DNA from: Gammaproteobacteria bacterium | Lineage (GTDB): Bacteria > Pseudomonadota > Gammaproteobacteria > Magnimaribacterales > D2472 | Direction: 5' to 3' | Length of the DNA: 63,354 nucleotides | Assembly (NCBI GenBank): GCA_008080945.1 | Contig: VMDH01000034.1 | Coordinates: 1-63,354 of the forward strand | In this document: positions 27,001-39,001 of the stretch, piece after piece | Layout of the letters: every line of letters begins with the position of its first letter | Position numbering within the stretch: position 1 is the first letter of the stretch | Notes under the pieces: generated by a model | Database searches by the model: none | What the model was told of the DNA's origin: nothing | What the model saw: the letters and a program-made list of their open reading frames with translations, nothing else | Position numbers and translations under genes: made by a program

Positions 27001-29469
27001 CTACAGATTTTGGAGTGATGCAGTTAATTTTTTAACCCTGGGATCATCTAGGAATTCTCCCTCCTTTACAGGGGAAATTAAAAAGGTATCTTCTACCTTT
27101 TCTCCAAGTGTTGTAATTCTTGCAGAATGAATTTGCATATTCTCATTGAGAAATATTTCAGAAATTTTTATTAATAATCCTTGCGAATCAAGAGTTTCAA
27201 TAGTGATTCTTTTGCGTGTTTTATTCTTATCAGGATTGATAGTGATCTTATTTTTCAAAGCAAATACCCTTGCTTTAGATCGAATAATTGTTTTAGGAAC
27301 CCCAAGTTTTAGATCAAAGTCTTCAAGGTTTTTTTGAAAAGCAAGAATGATCTTTCTCAGATCATCTTTATTGAGGCTATTACCCAAAACTTTATGCCTA
27401 ATAGCAAACTTATTTAACACGAATCCTTTTCTTGAAGCAGTCATAATATCTGCATCGAAAACTTCTAAATTTAAGTTGCCTAATATTTCTACCATTCTAT
27501 GGAAAAGGCCTACCTTGTCTTTGCCATATAGAGTAAGCAGGACATAGTCAGCCATTTTTTCAAAATAAATCTTATAGTCATGGGTTGCATGATTGCTAAG
27601 TGCTTGAGCATCTAGCAATATTGTCTCTTGAGCATATCTTGCAAAGTAACTAAGAGGTAATTCATTCCAATTGCCTTCCAATATTTGTCTTTCGTTCTGG
27701 CTAAAAAATTTAAGCATAGAAGATGGTATAGAGTCTTTATTTTGCTTGCTCTCTTTATCTAAGTTTTGATTTAAAACTTTTCTTGTTTCCAAATAGAGCG
27801 TTTTGAGGAGACCATGTTTCCAAGAATTCCATAAAGTTGGATTAGTGCCTCTCATATCATTGATGGTGAGTAGGTACAGGTAATCTAATTTAACCAGTGA
27901 TCCTATTTTTTTTGCAAAATCCATCACAGTTTGCTGATCATGAACATCCATTTTCTGTGACCAAGACGACATGGTTAGATGTTCTTTTACTAACCATGCT
28001 ATTAATTGCCCGTCCGTATTACTCAAAGATGCCTTTTTAGCAAAATTGGATGCAGCCATTGAACCTAATTCGGAGTGATCCCCATTTTTACCTTTACTAA
28101 TGTCATGAAAAAGCCCTGCAAGATAGAGGATTTCAATACTAGGCAGTTTTCTAACTAACTCTATTTCCAAAGCAAGATCATCTGGAGCTTTGCCTATGAA
28201 CATTTGGCGCATATTTTTTACAACCTTAAAGGTATGTTCATCGACTGTGTATACGTGAAATAGATCGAATTGCATCATGCCAATAACGTGATTAAATTCA
28301 GGAACTATTTTCTGCAAGAGTCCTATTTGTCGCATTATTCTTAGCAAGGAAGATGCTTGGAAAGGGGATCTAAGAAAAGTAACAAAAAGAGATGCAATCT
28401 TTTTAGTTTGAAATTTATTTGCTGGCAAGGAGCTAACTATCTTTTTGATTGTAGAAAATTGACTCAAGCGGAAATCTTTTTTTTGTTTTTTGTTTCCAAG
28501 GGTAATAAACGTTTCAAGAACTTTTTCTTGAGGACTCAAGCTTTTATTGCTACTCACTTGGAAAGGAGATATTTTATCGAGCATGCAAGAAAGTAATTCA
28601 TTTATTTCCTGAATATTTTTTGCATCTAAGTAGTAACTGCGCATTAATTTTTCTACTGCTTGATTAGCATTCTTTGCAGGGAAAATTAATTTTTGTATCT
28701 TGATTTGATTTTCAAAACTTAGCCTTTCTTGTTTGCTTTCTTGATGTAATAAATATCTTAAAATTTTTAATCTATCATAAGATTTAATAACGTCTTGCTT
28801 TTGCATTCTTGTTAAATGTAAGTTGAGATAACCCCATAATTTCTCTTTTCCAAAAACATCTTCAAGCCATATAAGCATATGAAAGTCTCTCAATCCTCCT
28901 GGAGATTCTTTAATATTTGGCTCAAGATTAAAGGCTGTAGAGTCAAAATTTTTATATCTGAGTTGTTGCTCTATAAATTTTTGCTTTAAAAAATATTTTG
29001 GCTTTAGTAATTTTTTTTGCTTGCCTTTAAATTCCTCAAATAACTTCAACTGATCACTGTTAGCTGAAATAGGTCTTTGGGAGAGATAATTTGTATACTC
29101 AGAAAGATCATTTTTGCTAAGTCTTAAAGCTTCCTTGAAAGTCCTTACCGAAATGCCTGGTTTTAGACCCTCATCCCACATCCAAGAAATGAATTCTTTA
29201 ATGTTAGCGTTATCTTTTTTAGATTTATTAATTCTTATTATGGATAGATCATGATCAGAGTTTGGAAATATTTCTTGCCTTCCAAAGCCTCCAACTGCAA
29301 TTAGTAGATTGTTATCGTCTAGGTTAAGCTGTCTAAATTTTAGAAGTACCTTTTTTTCTAATTTCTTTGTTCTTTTTTTTAGATAAGAATTAATTAATTT
29401 AGGATTTGCAAAGATTGTCTTAGCTTTTAGCCTTACCTCATGATCAAGAGACTCAAGATCATATGCCAA
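27001..29469 (-). CDS. glnD: [Protein-PII] uridylyltransferase/uridylyl-removing enzyme
   Basis: 822 aa with nucleotidyltransferase block AVGGFGRQEIFPNSDHDL, an HD domain (LFHDISKG) and two C-terminal ACT-like regions. TTG start overlaps map by 11 nt. Confidence 0.9.
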   Translation of the reverse strand: MAYDLESLDHEVRLKAKTIFANPKLINSYLKKRTKKLEKKVLLKFRQLNLDDNNLLIAVGGFGRQEIFPNSDHDLSIIRINKSKKDNANIKEFISWMWDEGLKPGISVRTFKEALRLSKNDLSEYTNYLSQRPISANSDQLKLFEEFKGKQKKLLKPKYFLKQKFIEQQLRYKNFDSTAFNLEPNIKESPGGLRDFHMLIWLEDVFGKEKLWGYLNLHLTRMQKQDVIKSYDRLKILRYLLHQESKQERLSFENQIKIQKLIFPAKNANQAVEKLMRSYYLDAKNIQEINELLSCMLDKISPFQVSSNKSLSPQEKVLETFITLGNKKQKKDFRLSQFSTIKKIVSSLPANKFQTKKIASLFVTFLRSPFQASSLLRIMRQIGLLQKIVPEFNHVIGMMQFDLFHVYTVDEHTFKVVKNMRQMFIGKAPDDLALEIELVRKLPSIEILYLAGLFHDISKGKNGDHSELGSMAASNFAKKASLSNTDGQLIAWLVKEHLTMSSWSQKMDVHDQQTVMDFAKKIGSLVKLDYLYLLTINDMRGTNPTLWNSWKHGLLKTLYLETRKVLNQNLDKESKQNKDSIPSSMLKFFSQNERQILEGNWNELPLSYFARYAQETILLDAQALSNHATHDYKIYFEKMADYVLLTLYGKDKVGLFHRMVEILGNLNLEVFDADIMTASRKGFVLNKFAIRHKVLGNSLNKDDLRKIILAFQKNLEDFDLKLGVPKTIIRSKARVFALKNKITINPDKNKTRKRITIETLDSQGLLIKISEIFLNENMQIHSARITTLGEKVEDTFLISPVKEGEFLDDPRVKKLTASLQNL

Positions 29470-30232
29470 TTTCGTCTTCTCGCTTTGTTAGGACCTCATA
29501 ACCATCATTGGTTACAGCAATAGTATGCTCCCATTGGGCAGAGTTTCTTCCATCTTTTGTTTCTACAGTCCACCCATCTCGTAACAATTTAGTATATTTA
29601 GATCCCTGATTAATCATTGGTTCAATGGTAAAACACATTCCTTCTTTTAGTTCTAAGCCAGTACCCTGTTTTCCAAAGTGAAGAACTTGAGGCTCTTCAT
29701 GATAAATTTTTCCAATACCATGCCCGCAATAATCTTCTACAACTGAGTAGTAATTTTTTTCAGCATGATTTTGAATTGCAGCACCTATGTCTCCTAATCT
29801 GGCACCAGGCTTTACCTCTTTGATCCCTAAGTACATACATTCTTGAGTTATTTTAATGAGCCTTTCATTATGAGGCTGAGTCTTGCCAACAATAAACATT
29901 TTAGAGGTATCACCATGCCAACCATCTTTGATGACTGTCACATCAATATTAAGAATGTCACCTTCTTTTAGCACCTTTGTGTGGGAGGGGATCCCATGAC
30001 ATATAACATTATTTAAAGAAGCACATATAGTATGTTGAAATCCTTTGTAGCCGATATTGGCAGGAATTGCATTAAGTTCGTGAATGATGAACTCTCGGCA
30101 TAAATCGTCAAGCTCACCTGTAGATACTCCTGGTTTGACATAATCAGTGATCATATCCAAAACTTTAGCTGCCAAGCTTCCAGCCACTCTCATTTGAGCA
30201 ATATCGTTAGAATTTTTTATCGAAATTTTCAA
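29459..30232 (-). CDS. map: Methionine aminopeptidase type I
   Basis: 257 aa. MKISIKNSNDIAQMRVAGSLAAKVL aligns from residue 1 with E. coli MAISIKTPEDIEKMRVAGRLAAEVL. Metal ligand blocks DVTVIKDGWHGD, CGHGIG, FTIEPM and WEHT. The start codon is TTG. Confidence 0.95.
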   Translation of the reverse strand: MKISIKNSNDIAQMRVAGSLAAKVLDMITDYVKPGVSTGELDDLCREFIIHELNAIPANIGYKGFQHTICASLNNVICHGIPSHTKVLKEGDILNIDVTVIKDGWHGDTSKMFIVGKTQPHNERLIKITQECMYLGIKEVKPGARLGDIGAAIQNHAEKNYYSVVEDYCGHGIGKIYHEEPQVLHFGKQGTGLELKEGMCFTIEPMINQGSKYTKLLRDGWTVETKDGRNSAQWEHTIAVTNDGYEVLTKREDEIGI

Positions 30233-30349
30233 TTTATTTTAATTTTTATATAGACTGCTGGTATTCTTTTCTATAAAGTACAATTTTAATGCCTGCTACA
30301 GATTTTAGCTCATTAAAACTTTCTAAATTCCCTTTTTGTCCCTTAAGAG

Positions 30350-31486
30350 ATGTCATCTAATTTTAGGACATTTGGCGCGACATTATACCTTGAGAATGGC
30401 TTATTTTTTAAGGGAAAAGGTTTCGGACTTGAGAAAATAGGTATTGGAGAAGTAGTCTTCAATACATCCATTACTGGATATCAAGAAATTATTACCGACC
30501 CTTCTTATGCAAAGCAAATTATTACTTTTACTCATCCACACATAGGAAACGTAGGAACGAATGATGAAGACTGTGAATCTAATGGTATCTATGCAAGCGG
30601 GATGGTTATCAAGAATCTATCTATGATCCCATCAAGCTGGAGAAGCCAAAAATCTTTGGAGCAATTCTGTGCCGATAATGATTGTATTGGCATAGCAAAC
30701 ATTGATACTAGAGAACTTACCAATATTCTTCGAGAGCATGGATCTCTTCGAGGATGCATTGTTCCAGATTCCCTCAAAGCAGGAAATGAAGTAGATACAG
30801 TCTTGAAAAAATTTTCTGGTTTAGCTGGTTTGGATCTTGCTAAAGAAGTTTCAACTCAATCTTCCTATGAATGGGATGAACCGGTTTGGAATTGGAGTCA
30901 AAAATTGCCAAATGACTTGCATATTGTGGTTATGGATTATGGGGTCAAACGGAATATCCTTAGATTGTTACGAACTCATGTAGGATTAGTAACGGTAGTA
31001 AATGCGGAAACATCTTTTGAAGAAGTAATGCAACTCAATCCTGATGGTGTTTTTCTATCCAATGGTCCTGGAGATCCAGAACCTTGCACGTATGCCATCA
31101 AACTTATACAGCTCCTCATCGAAAACAACATGCCTGTATTTGGAATTTGTTTGGGGCATCAGTTATTAGGCTTAGCCTCAGGATGTAAGACCTATAAAAT
31201 GAAATTTGGTCATCATGGCGGTAACCATCCAGTTAAGGACTTACAAAAAGGCACGGTTATGATAACAAGTCAAAATCATGGTTTTGCCGTGGATGATTCA
31301 TCTGTACCAAGTAATATCGATATTACACACCTATCTTTATTTGACGGCACCATTCAGGGTATTGCTCTAAAGAATCATCCAGCCTTTAGCTTTCAAGGTC
31401 ATCCTGAAGCCAGTCCAGGACCTCACGACTTATTAGAGTTATTTACTCAATTTAGAAACTTAATCAAAGATGCCAAAAAGAACTGA
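30350..31486 (+). CDS. carA: Carbamoyl-phosphate synthase small (glutaminase) subunit
   Basis: 378 aa with [18 protein letters not shown] and the GATase triad blocks GICLGHQLL and FQGHPEA. Confidence 0.96.
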   Translation: MSSNFRTFGATLYLENGLFFKGKGFGLEKIGIGEVVFNTSITGYQEIITDPSYAKQIITFTHPHIGNVGTNDEDCESNGIYASGMVIKNLSMIPSSWRSQKSLEQFCADNDCIGIANIDTRELTNILREHGSLRGCIVPDSLKAGNEVDTVLKKFSGLAGLDLAKEVSTQSSYEWDEPVWNWSQKLPNDLHIVVMDYGVKRNILRLLRTHVGLVTVVNAETSFEEVMQLNPDGVFLSNGPGDPEPCTYAIKLIQLLIENNMPVFGICLGHQLLGLASGCKTYKMKFGHHGGNHPVKDLQKGTVMITSQNHGFAVDDSSVPSNIDITHLSLFDGTIQGIALKNHPAFSFQGHPEASPGPHDLLELFTQFRNLIKDAKKN

Positions 31487-34400
31487 TCTTAAATCGATTT
31501 TAGTAATTGGAGCAGGACCTATTATCATAGGTCAGGCTTGTGAATTTGATTATTCAGGGGTTCAGGCCTGTAAAGCGCTCAAGAAGGAAGGCTTTAGAGT
31601 CATCCTGGTAAATTCTAATCCAGCAACCATCATGACTGATCCTTCAATTGCGGATGCAACATACATAGAACCAATTAATTGGAAAGTAGTAGCTGCCATC
31701 ATCGAAAAAGAGAAGCCTGATGCATTGCTTCCGACCATGGGTGGACAAACTGCATTAAATACTGCTTTAACCTTAGCATCTAAGGGAGTCTTAGAGCAAT
31801 TTGGAGTCGAGTTAATCGGTGCAAAGAAAGAGGCCATTGATAAGGCAGAAGATAGAGAGCTTTTTGATAAAACCATGAAATCTATTGGCCTAGAAACTCC
31901 TCGCTCTGGTATAGCACACAATATGAAAGATGCCCTTGAGGTACTTGAGGATATTGGCTTTCCATGCATCATCCGTCCTTCATTTACGCTAGGAGGATCT
32001 GGTGGAGGTATTGCCTATAACATTAAAGAATTTAAAACTATATGTGAAAAGGGGTTAGATCTATCTCCTACGAACGAGCTTCTTATAGATGAATCCTTAA
32101 TAGGCTGGAAAGAGTTTGAGCTTGAAGTAGTGAGAGACAGTGCTGACAATTGCATTATTATCTGCTCTATTGAAAATCTTGATCCCATGGGCGTGCATAC
32201 GGGAGATTCCATCACTGTAGCGCCTGCTCAAACACTTACTGACAAAGAGTACCAAATATTAAGAGATCAATCTTTTAAGATTTTAAGGGAAATTGGTGTG
32301 GATACAGGAGGGTCAAATGTTCAGTTTGCTGTGAACCCAGATGATGGCAGGGTGGTTGTGATAGAGATGAATCCAAGAGTTAGCAGATCCTCCGCATTAG
32401 CTTCAAAGGCAACGGGTTTTCCAATTGCAAAAATTGCAGCACTATTGTCGGTGGGCTTTACATTAGATGAATTGCAAAATGAGATTACCGGTGGAGCAAC
32501 ACCAGCATCTTTCGAGCCAACCATAGATTATATTGTTACTAAAATTCCCAAGTTTGCCTTTGAAAAATTCTCAGGAGCTGAACCTAAGCTTTCTACGCAA
32601 ATGAAGTCAGTTGGAGAAGTAATGTCTATTGGTAGGACCTTCCAAGAATCATTCCAAAAAGCATTGATGAGCCTTGAAGAGGGATTATATGGCCTAGAAC
32701 CAATTTGTGATTTCTCTTCAAACGATTATCAAGACATCCTTAAACATGAGTTGTCCATTCCTGGGCCAAAAAGAATTTTTTATGTAGCAGATGCGCTCAG
32801 GACTGGTCAAAGCATAGAATCAATAAATGCAATTACCGGTATTGATCAATGGTTTCTTAGCCAAATAAATGATCTTCTGGAAGAAGAGGCCGTATTGCAG
32901 GGAAAAGATGTCAGTATTTTATCTAAGAATGAGCTCCTGTGTCTAAAGCAAAAAGGATTTGCTGACAGAAGAATAGCCGATTTAACTGGTAGCAAAGAAG
33001 AAGAGGTAAGAAGCAAGAGAAAATCTTTTGGATTGGTGCCTAGTTTTAAGAGGGTGGATACATGTGCTGCTGAATTTGAAACCCAAACAGCTTATATGTA
33101 CTCAACATACGATGGTGAATGTGAGTCTCGTCCCAGTCAGAATCAGAAAGTAATTGTGTTGGGAAGTGGTCCTAATCGAATTGGCCAAGGTATTGAATTT
33201 GATTATTGCTGCGTGCATGCATCACAAGCCCTGCAAGAGCTAGATATAGAATCCATCATGATTAACTGTAATCCTGAGACTGTTTCTACAGATTATGACA
33301 CCTCAAACCGTCTATTTTTTGAGCCCATCATTGATGAAAAAGTACTGGATATTGTAGATATTGAAAATCCACTAGGGGTAATTATTCAATTTGGAGGACA
33401 AACTCCCTTAAAGCTAGCCGAAACTCTTATCAAGAATGATATTCCAATTCTTGGAACATCTTTTGATGCTGTTGATAGATCTGAGGATAGGGAGCGTTTT
33501 CAGGAATTAGTAAAAAAATTAAATTTAAAGCAACCTAAAAATACAACCATTGTTTCAGCTAATGAAGCTATAGATGCTGCCAATTCTATTGGATATCCAA
33601 TAGTAGTAAGACCTTCTTATGTGCTTGGCGGCAGAGCCATGGAGCTAGTTAACAACCATGAAGAGTTAACTAGATATCTCGTAGAGGCAGAAAAAGTTTC
33701 TGAACAAAAACCTATTTTGCTGGACAGTTATTTACAAGATGCAATAGAGGTTGATGTAGATGTTATTTCGGATGGAAAGACCATAAAAATTGGAGGTATT
33801 CTTCAGCATATTGAGCAGGCTGGCATTCATTCAGGTGATTCAGCCTGTTCTTTGCCACCATATTCTCTTTCAGAGGTAATTCAAGAAACTATTTCCAAGC
33901 AATCAATTGCTATTGCCAAGGAGCTCAACATTATTGGGCTAATGAACATCCAATATGCTGTTAAGGACAATGAAATTTTTATCATTGAGGTTAATCCTAG
34001 GGCCTCAAGAACCGTTCCATTTATATCTAAAGCCATTGGATCATCTCTCGTAAAAGCCGCCACAAAATCTATGTTAGGAGTAAGCCTTGCAGAGCAAGAC
34101 TTTGACCCTGTTTTACCTAATAGATTCTTTGTTAAAGAAGCAGTCCTCCCATTTGATAAGTTCCCTAATGTGGATCCCATACTAGGCCCTGAAATGAAAT
34201 CTACCGGAGAAGTGATGGGAATCGGAAAATCCTTTGGTGAGGCCTATGCAAAAGCTCAATTAGGAGCAATGAAGAATTTACATTTTTCAGGAACAGCTTT
34301 TGTTAGTGTGAAAGATTCAGATAAAAAATATCTCAATGAACTGCTTCCTCTATTGGTAGAAAATAATTTCTCTATTATTGCAACCAAGGGTACCGCTGCA

Positions 34401-34685
34401 GCTATCAAAGCACTAGGATATGAAGTAGCTGTGATTAATAAGGTTATGGAGGGAAGGCCTCATACTGTTGATAAGCTTCTAAATAAAGAGGTTCAGCTTG
34501 TCATCAATACTACGGAAGGCAAACAGTCAATCTCAGATTCAGCATCTATTAGAAGAACTGCCCTGGAAAGCAGAATATTTTGCACCACAACAGTCTTTGG
34601 CGGATTAGCAATCATGGAAGCCGTTAAAAATAACTTGGAAAGTTGGACGGTGGAACCCATTCAGCAAATTACAAACATTAATTGA
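31470..34685 (+). CDS. carB: Carbamoyl-phosphate synthase large subunit
   Basis: 1071 aa with duplicated ATP-grasp halves ([17 protein letters not shown] / [16 protein letters not shown]) and a C-terminal MGS-like domain. Overlaps carA by 17 nt. Confidence 0.97.
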   Translation: MPKRTDLKSILVIGAGPIIIGQACEFDYSGVQACKALKKEGFRVILVNSNPATIMTDPSIADATYIEPINWKVVAAIIEKEKPDALLPTMGGQTALNTALTLASKGVLEQFGVELIGAKKEAIDKAEDRELFDKTMKSIGLETPRSGIAHNMKDALEVLEDIGFPCIIRPSFTLGGSGGGIAYNIKEFKTICEKGLDLSPTNELLIDESLIGWKEFELEVVRDSADNCIIICSIENLDPMGVHTGDSITVAPAQTLTDKEYQILRDQSFKILREIGVDTGGSNVQFAVNPDDGRVVVIEMNPRVSRSSALASKATGFPIAKIAALLSVGFTLDELQNEITGGATPASFEPTIDYIVTKIPKFAFEKFSGAEPKLSTQMKSVGEVMSIGRTFQESFQKALMSLEEGLYGLEPICDFSSNDYQDILKHELSIPGPKRIFYVADALRTGQSIESINAITGIDQWFLSQINDLLEEEAVLQGKDVSILSKNELLCLKQKGFADRRIADLTGSKEEEVRSKRKSFGLVPSFKRVDTCAAEFETQTAYMYSTYDGECESRPSQNQKVIVLGSGPNRIGQGIEFDYCCVHASQALQELDIESIMINCNPETVSTDYDTSNRLFFEPIIDEKVLDIVDIENPLGVIIQFGGQTPLKLAETLIKNDIPILGTSFDAVDRSEDRERFQELVKKLNLKQPKNTTIVSANEAIDAANSIGYPIVVRPSYVLGGRAMELVNNHEELTRYLVEAEKVSEQKPILLDSYLQDAIEVDVDVISDGKTIKIGGILQHIEQAGIHSGDSACSLPPYSLSEVIQETISKQSIAIAKELNIIGLMNIQYAVKDNEIFIIEVNPRASRTVPFISKAIGSSLVKAATKSMLGVSLAEQDFDPVLPNRFFVKEAVLPFDKFPNVDPILGPEMKSTGEVMGIGKSFGEAYAKAQLGAMKNLHFSGTAFVSVKDSDKKYLNELLPLLVENNFSIIATKGTAAAIKALGYEVAVINKVMEGRPHTVDKLLNKEVQLVINTTEGKQSISDSASIRRTALESRIFCTTTVFGGLAIMEAVKNNLESWTVEPIQQITNIN

Positions 34686-34697
34686 TATAATCATTTA

Positions 34698-35174
34698 ATG
34701 GAAAAACCTCCGCTTACAAAGCAAGGCTTTGAGTTTATAAAATCTGAATTACATACGCTCAAAACCAAGGCTCGACCAGAGATTTCTCAAGCCATTGCTG
34801 AGGCAAGGGCGCATGGCGATCTTAAAGAAAATGCTGAGTACCATGCTGCGAAAGAACAACAGGCCTTGCTAGAAAAGAAAATTTCTACAATAGAATCTAC
34901 CTTGGCAAATTGCATAGTAATTGATGTTCACGACATTCCTTATTCTGGTAAGGTTGTTTTTGGCTCAACCCTCAGGCTCTACGATATTGATGAAGCCAAA
35001 GAATTGCAGTTTAAGATAGTGGGGAACCTTGAATCTAATCCTGATAAAGGCCTTATTTCAATAGATACTCCAATCGCAAGAGGTCTATTAGGAAAGGAGC
35101 TTGAAGATGAAGTGGCTATAGAGACTCCTGCAGGGACCAAAAACTTTGAAATCTTAGAAATAGAACACATCTAA
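34698..35174 (+). CDS. greA: Transcription elongation factor GreA
   Basis: 158 aa with ARAHGDLKENAEYHAAKEQQ (coiled-coil tip with acidic residues) and a C-terminal FKBP-like domain. Confidence 0.95.
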   Translation: MEKPPLTKQGFEFIKSELHTLKTKARPEISQAIAEARAHGDLKENAEYHAAKEQQALLEKKISTIESTLANCIVIDVHDIPYSGKVVFGSTLRLYDIDEAKELQFKIVGNLESNPDKGLISIDTPIARGLLGKELEDEVAIETPAGTKNFEILEIEHI

Positions 35175-35759
35175 GTGAGGCATATTCAAGATAAGTGGGC
35201 TTTAAAGGCTCAAAAGGAGGGGTATCGGACCAGGGCAGTTTACAAATTACAGCAGATTTTAGAAACTCGAAATTTTGCCACCCAAAAAATACACTCTGTA
35301 TTTGATATTGGTGCTGCTCCTGGTGGTTGGTCGCATTACTTAAAACTAAAATTCCCAAACCTCGAAATATTTGCAATTGATATTTTGCCAATAGAAAAAA
35401 TCGAGGGCATACATTTTTTTCAAGAAGACGTAAGAAATATTGAAAAGATAAAAGAAATCGCTCTAAAAATTGGAACCTTTGATCTTGTAATATCAGATTT
35501 AGCCCCCAACATTACAGGTATAAGAGATGTTGATGAAGAAAATATCTACGAATTAAATTTAATAACCCTTCAGGCAGCAGTAAAGCTGTTAAAAAGAAAT
35601 AACTATTCTAAATTTATTATTAAAACTTTTCAGAACAGCAATCTCAAAAAATTAAGACATGATGTATCACTGTGCTTTAGAAATATTGCTACACATAAGC
35701 CTGCAGCATCCAAAAGCAATTCAGGTGAGATATACTTGTCAGGAGAAGATTTGATATGA
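35175..35759 (+). CDS. rlmE: 23S rRNA (U2552-2'-O)-methyltransferase
   Basis: 194 aa with [12 protein letters not shown]-binding block [19 protein letters not shown] and KTFQ. GTG start immediately after the greA stop. ATGA overlap with ftsH. Confidence 0.88.
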   Translation: MRHIQDKWALKAQKEGYRTRAVYKLQQILETRNFATQKIHSVFDIGAAPGGWSHYLKLKFPNLEIFAIDILPIEKIEGIHFFQEDVRNIEKIKEIALKIGTFDLVISDLAPNITGIRDVDEENIYELNLITLQAAVKLLKRNNYSKFIIKTFQNSNLKKLRHDVSLCFRNIATHKPAASKSNSGEIYLSGEDLI

Positions 35760-37669
35760 ATAATTTTTTAAGAAATTTAATTGTTTGGTCCATGCTTGGC
35801 TTCGGCTTGGTTTTTCTTTTTAATTCAATCGAGGATGCTAATTCTTCAAGAAGAGCTCAAATTAGTTATTCTGAATTTAGACAGGATGTTCTTTCCGATA
35901 ATATTGCTGAAGTAACATACAAGGGTGATCAGATGACCATTCATGGTCAGCGTTTAGATGGATCAAGATTTGAAACACTGCATCCTATATATAAGCGTGA
36001 TGAAGATTTAGAAAATGCTTTAGAGTCTAATAGGGTAGTTGTGAACTATGAGAATGTTGAACAACCATCACTATGGTCCCAACTTCTAGTGGGTGCATTT
36101 CCAATCATTCTATTGCTTGCAATATTTTTCTTCTTTATGCGGCAAATGCAAGGCGGTATTTCTGGAAAAGGCGGGCCTATGTCTTTTGGAAGAAGCAAAG
36201 CAAAGCTTATGGAAGGAGGAAAAGTTAAGACCACTTTTAAAGATGTTGCAGGATGTGAAGAGGCTAAAGAAGATGTTGCTGAGCTAGTCTCTTTCTTACA
36301 AGACCCTACTAAATTTCAAAAACTTGGAGGAAAGATTCCACGTGGAGTATTAATGGTTGGCCCTCCTGGTACAGGAAAAACTCTTTTGGCTAGAGCGGTA
36401 GCTGGCGAGGCAAAAGTTCCATTTTTTTCAATCTCCGGTTCTGATTTTGTTGAAATGTTTGTTGGTGTAGGTGCATCTAGAGTTAGAGATATGTTTGAAC
36501 AAGCTCAAAAGAATGCTCCTTGTATTGTCTTTATTGATGAAATTGATGCGGTAGGTCGTCATAGGGGCGCTGGTCTTGGTGGCGGACACGACGAAAGAGA
36601 ACAAACATTAAATCAATTGCTTGTTGAGATGGATGGATTTGAAGGAAATGACGGAATTATCATTATTGCTGCAACCAATAGACCAGATGTTTTGGATCCA
36701 GCGCTTTTAAGACCGGGCAGATTCGATAGACAAGTTATAGTTGATTTGCCTGATTTGAATGGTAGAGAAAAAATTCTAAAAGTTCATCTTAAAAAGGTAC
36801 CTTTATCATCTGATGTTGATCCAAAAATAATTGCTAGAGGCACACCAGGGTTTTCTGGTGCTGATCTTGCAAACTTGGTCAACGAAGCCGCTCTCTTTGC
36901 TGCCAGACAAGGTGATAAAAAAGTTGAACAAGAGCATATTGATCTAGCCCGAGACAAAGTAATGATGGGTCCTGAAAGAAAATCTATGATCATGACAGAT
37001 GAACAAAAAAGAATCACTGCCTATCATGAATCTGGTCATGCTATTGTTGGCAAATTAATGCCTGAGCATGATCCTGTATACAAAGTAACTATTATTCCAA
37101 GAGGCAGGGCGCTTGGAGTTACCATGTTCCTACCTGAAGAGGATAAATACATGCAGAGCAAACGTTATCTCCTTGGAAGGATTTCTGCATTGTTTGGAGG
37201 AAGACTCGCAGAGGAAATAATCAACGGCGAGGACTCTATCACAACAGGAGCTTCAAATGATATCGAAGTAGCCACAAACATTGCAACCAATATGGTAACC
37301 AAATGGGGCATGTCTTCTCTTGGTCCGCTAAAATTTGGAGAAGATGAAACCAATCCTTTCTTAGGAAGATCAGCAGCTATCCAACATCAAACAGTTGGCG
37401 ATGCCACTTCTAACAAGATTGATCTTGAAATTAAGGCAATCATTGACAATTGCTACAACGAAGCAAAACGCCTTCTTGAAACCAATTTAGATAAGTTGCA
37501 TATGATGGCTGAAGCTTTGTTAAATTATGAAACCATTGATGCAGATCAAATAGATGACATTATGGCTGGAGCTAAACCAAGAGCCCCTAAGGACTGGGAT
37601 CAAGACCAGGAAAGTAAAACAGCATCCAAAACTGATCCAGCTATAAAAGGTACTGCTGAAGAAACTTAA
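35756..37669 (+). CDS. ftsH: ATP-dependent zinc metalloprotease FtsH
   Basis: 637 aa with two N-terminal TM segments, Walker [14 protein letters not shown], the SRH, and zinc motif HESGHA. Confidence 0.97.
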   Translation: MNNFLRNLIVWSMLGFGLVFLFNSIEDANSSRRAQISYSEFRQDVLSDNIAEVTYKGDQMTIHGQRLDGSRFETLHPIYKRDEDLENALESNRVVVNYENVEQPSLWSQLLVGAFPIILLLAIFFFFMRQMQGGISGKGGPMSFGRSKAKLMEGGKVKTTFKDVAGCEEAKEDVAELVSFLQDPTKFQKLGGKIPRGVLMVGPPGTGKTLLARAVAGEAKVPFFSISGSDFVEMFVGVGASRVRDMFEQAQKNAPCIVFIDEIDAVGRHRGAGLGGGHDEREQTLNQLLVEMDGFEGNDGIIIIAATNRPDVLDPALLRPGRFDRQVIVDLPDLNGREKILKVHLKKVPLSSDVDPKIIARGTPGFSGADLANLVNEAALFAARQGDKKVEQEHIDLARDKVMMGPERKSMIMTDEQKRITAYHESGHAIVGKLMPEHDPVYKVTIIPRGRALGVTMFLPEEDKYMQSKRYLLGRISALFGGRLAEEIINGEDSITTGASNDIEVATNIATNMVTKWGMSSLGPLKFGEDETNPFLGRSAAIQHQTVGDATSNKIDLEIKAIIDNCYNEAKRLLETNLDKLHMMAEALLNYETIDADQIDDIMAGAKPRAPKDWDQDQESKTASKTDPAIKGTAEET

Positions 37670-37686
37670 TCAGTATAATAGTTTCC

Positions 37687-39000
37687 ATGAAAGTCTCTTT
37701 TGGTACAGATGGTATTAGAGGACCTGTCGATAGCATTATAACACCTGATCTTTGTTTAAGAATTGGTCAAGCTGCCGGTCAAGTGCTGAAGGCAGAGGGT
37801 TGGGATACTGTTTTAATAGGAAAGGATACCAGGGTATCAGGATACATGCTTGAATCAGCTTTGGAGGCTGGATTCATTGCAGCAGGTGTAAATGTAAGAT
37901 TGCTTGGCCCACTTCCAACACCTGGAGTAGCTTATCTCACAAAATCCTCTCGAGGGCAATTTGGTTTAGTGATTAGTGCCTCTCACAATACCTATTTGGA
38001 TAATGGGATAAAGATTTTTGATGCCAATGGTGTCAAGATTTCAAAAGAACTTCAACATAAGATTGAGAAGGTCATCAATACTAATTCACTTCAGATTGTT
38101 TCAGCCGATAAGCTTGGCAAAGCAAGAAGATTTGATGAATCGGGAGATAGATATGTTGAGTTTTGTAAATCTACAGTTCCACAAAATATTTCTTTTAAGG
38201 GTCTAAGAATAGTTTTAGATTGTGCCAACGGAGCTGCTTATAAAGTATCTCCTGCTATTTTTGAAGAACTTGGAGCAGAAGTAATAACCTTGGGAACAAG
38301 CCCAAATGGTTACAACATCAATGAAGGTTGTGGATCTACCAACCCAGAAAGTGCGCGAAAAGCAGTTCTTGAGCATCGTGCAGATTTTGGAGTTACCCTT
38401 GATGGAGATGCGGATAGAGTCAAATTAATTGATGCAAGTGGAAACATTCTTGATGGAGATGATATTTTATATATTTTAGCAAGTGGTAATACAAATAGAA
38501 TTGGCCCTTGGTCTGGAATAGTTGGAACTGTATTGTCTAACTTAGGTTTGGAATTAGGTATTAAGGATTTAGGTTATGAGTTTGAAAGATCCGACGTAGG
38601 TGATACTTTTGTAAATGAAATTCTTACAAAGAAAGGTTGGTATCTAGGGGGAGAGCCTTCAGGTCATATTATTTGTAGAGACCTTGTGAGTACCGGAGAT
38701 GGAACTGTGGCAGCTCTTAAAACTATATCTACTCTTCTTCTTTTAGAAAAAGATGCTAAAGAAGCTTTAAAAGGTTATAACAAAGTTCCTCAGGTTGAAC
38801 TTTCAATAGAAGTAGCCAATAAAGATGTTCTCAATGAAGCCAGCATTCAAACACGGATCCAAGAAATAAGAAGCGACTTAACCATTGGTAGAATTCTCGT
38901 CAGACCTTCAGGAACAGAGCAAAAAATTAGGATAATGGTTGAAGCTGAATCTGAATCCACAGCAAAAAAGTGTGCCCAGGATCTAGCTAGTCTTTTTTAA
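37687..39000 (+). CDS. glmM: Phosphoglucosamine mutase
   Basis: 437 aa with FGTDGIRG, phosphoserine loop ISASHNTYLDNGIK, metal loop LDGDADR and GEPSGH. Confidence 0.95.
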   Translation: MKVSFGTDGIRGPVDSIITPDLCLRIGQAAGQVLKAEGWDTVLIGKDTRVSGYMLESALEAGFIAAGVNVRLLGPLPTPGVAYLTKSSRGQFGLVISASHNTYLDNGIKIFDANGVKISKELQHKIEKVINTNSLQIVSADKLGKARRFDESGDRYVEFCKSTVPQNISFKGLRIVLDCANGAAYKVSPAIFEELGAEVITLGTSPNGYNINEGCGSTNPESARKAVLEHRADFGVTLDGDADRVKLIDASGNILDGDDILYILASGNTNRIGPWSGIVGTVLSNLGLELGIKDLGYEFERSDVGDTFVNEILTKKGWYLGGEPSGHIICRDLVSTGDGTVAALKTISTLLLLEKDAKEALKGYNKVPQVELSIEVANKDVLNEASIQTRIQEIRSDLTIGRILVRPSGTEQKIRIMVEAESESTAKKCAQDLASLF

Positions 39001-39001
39001 G

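Noticed and set aside
30233-30349. 117-bp map/carA divergent spacer examined for ARG boxes, a PyrR/pyrimidine attenuator or a riboswitch.
   Set aside because: I found only weak -10-like elements (TATAAA) and no clear palindromic operator, leader peptide or stable hairpin. There is not enough evidence to annotate anything.
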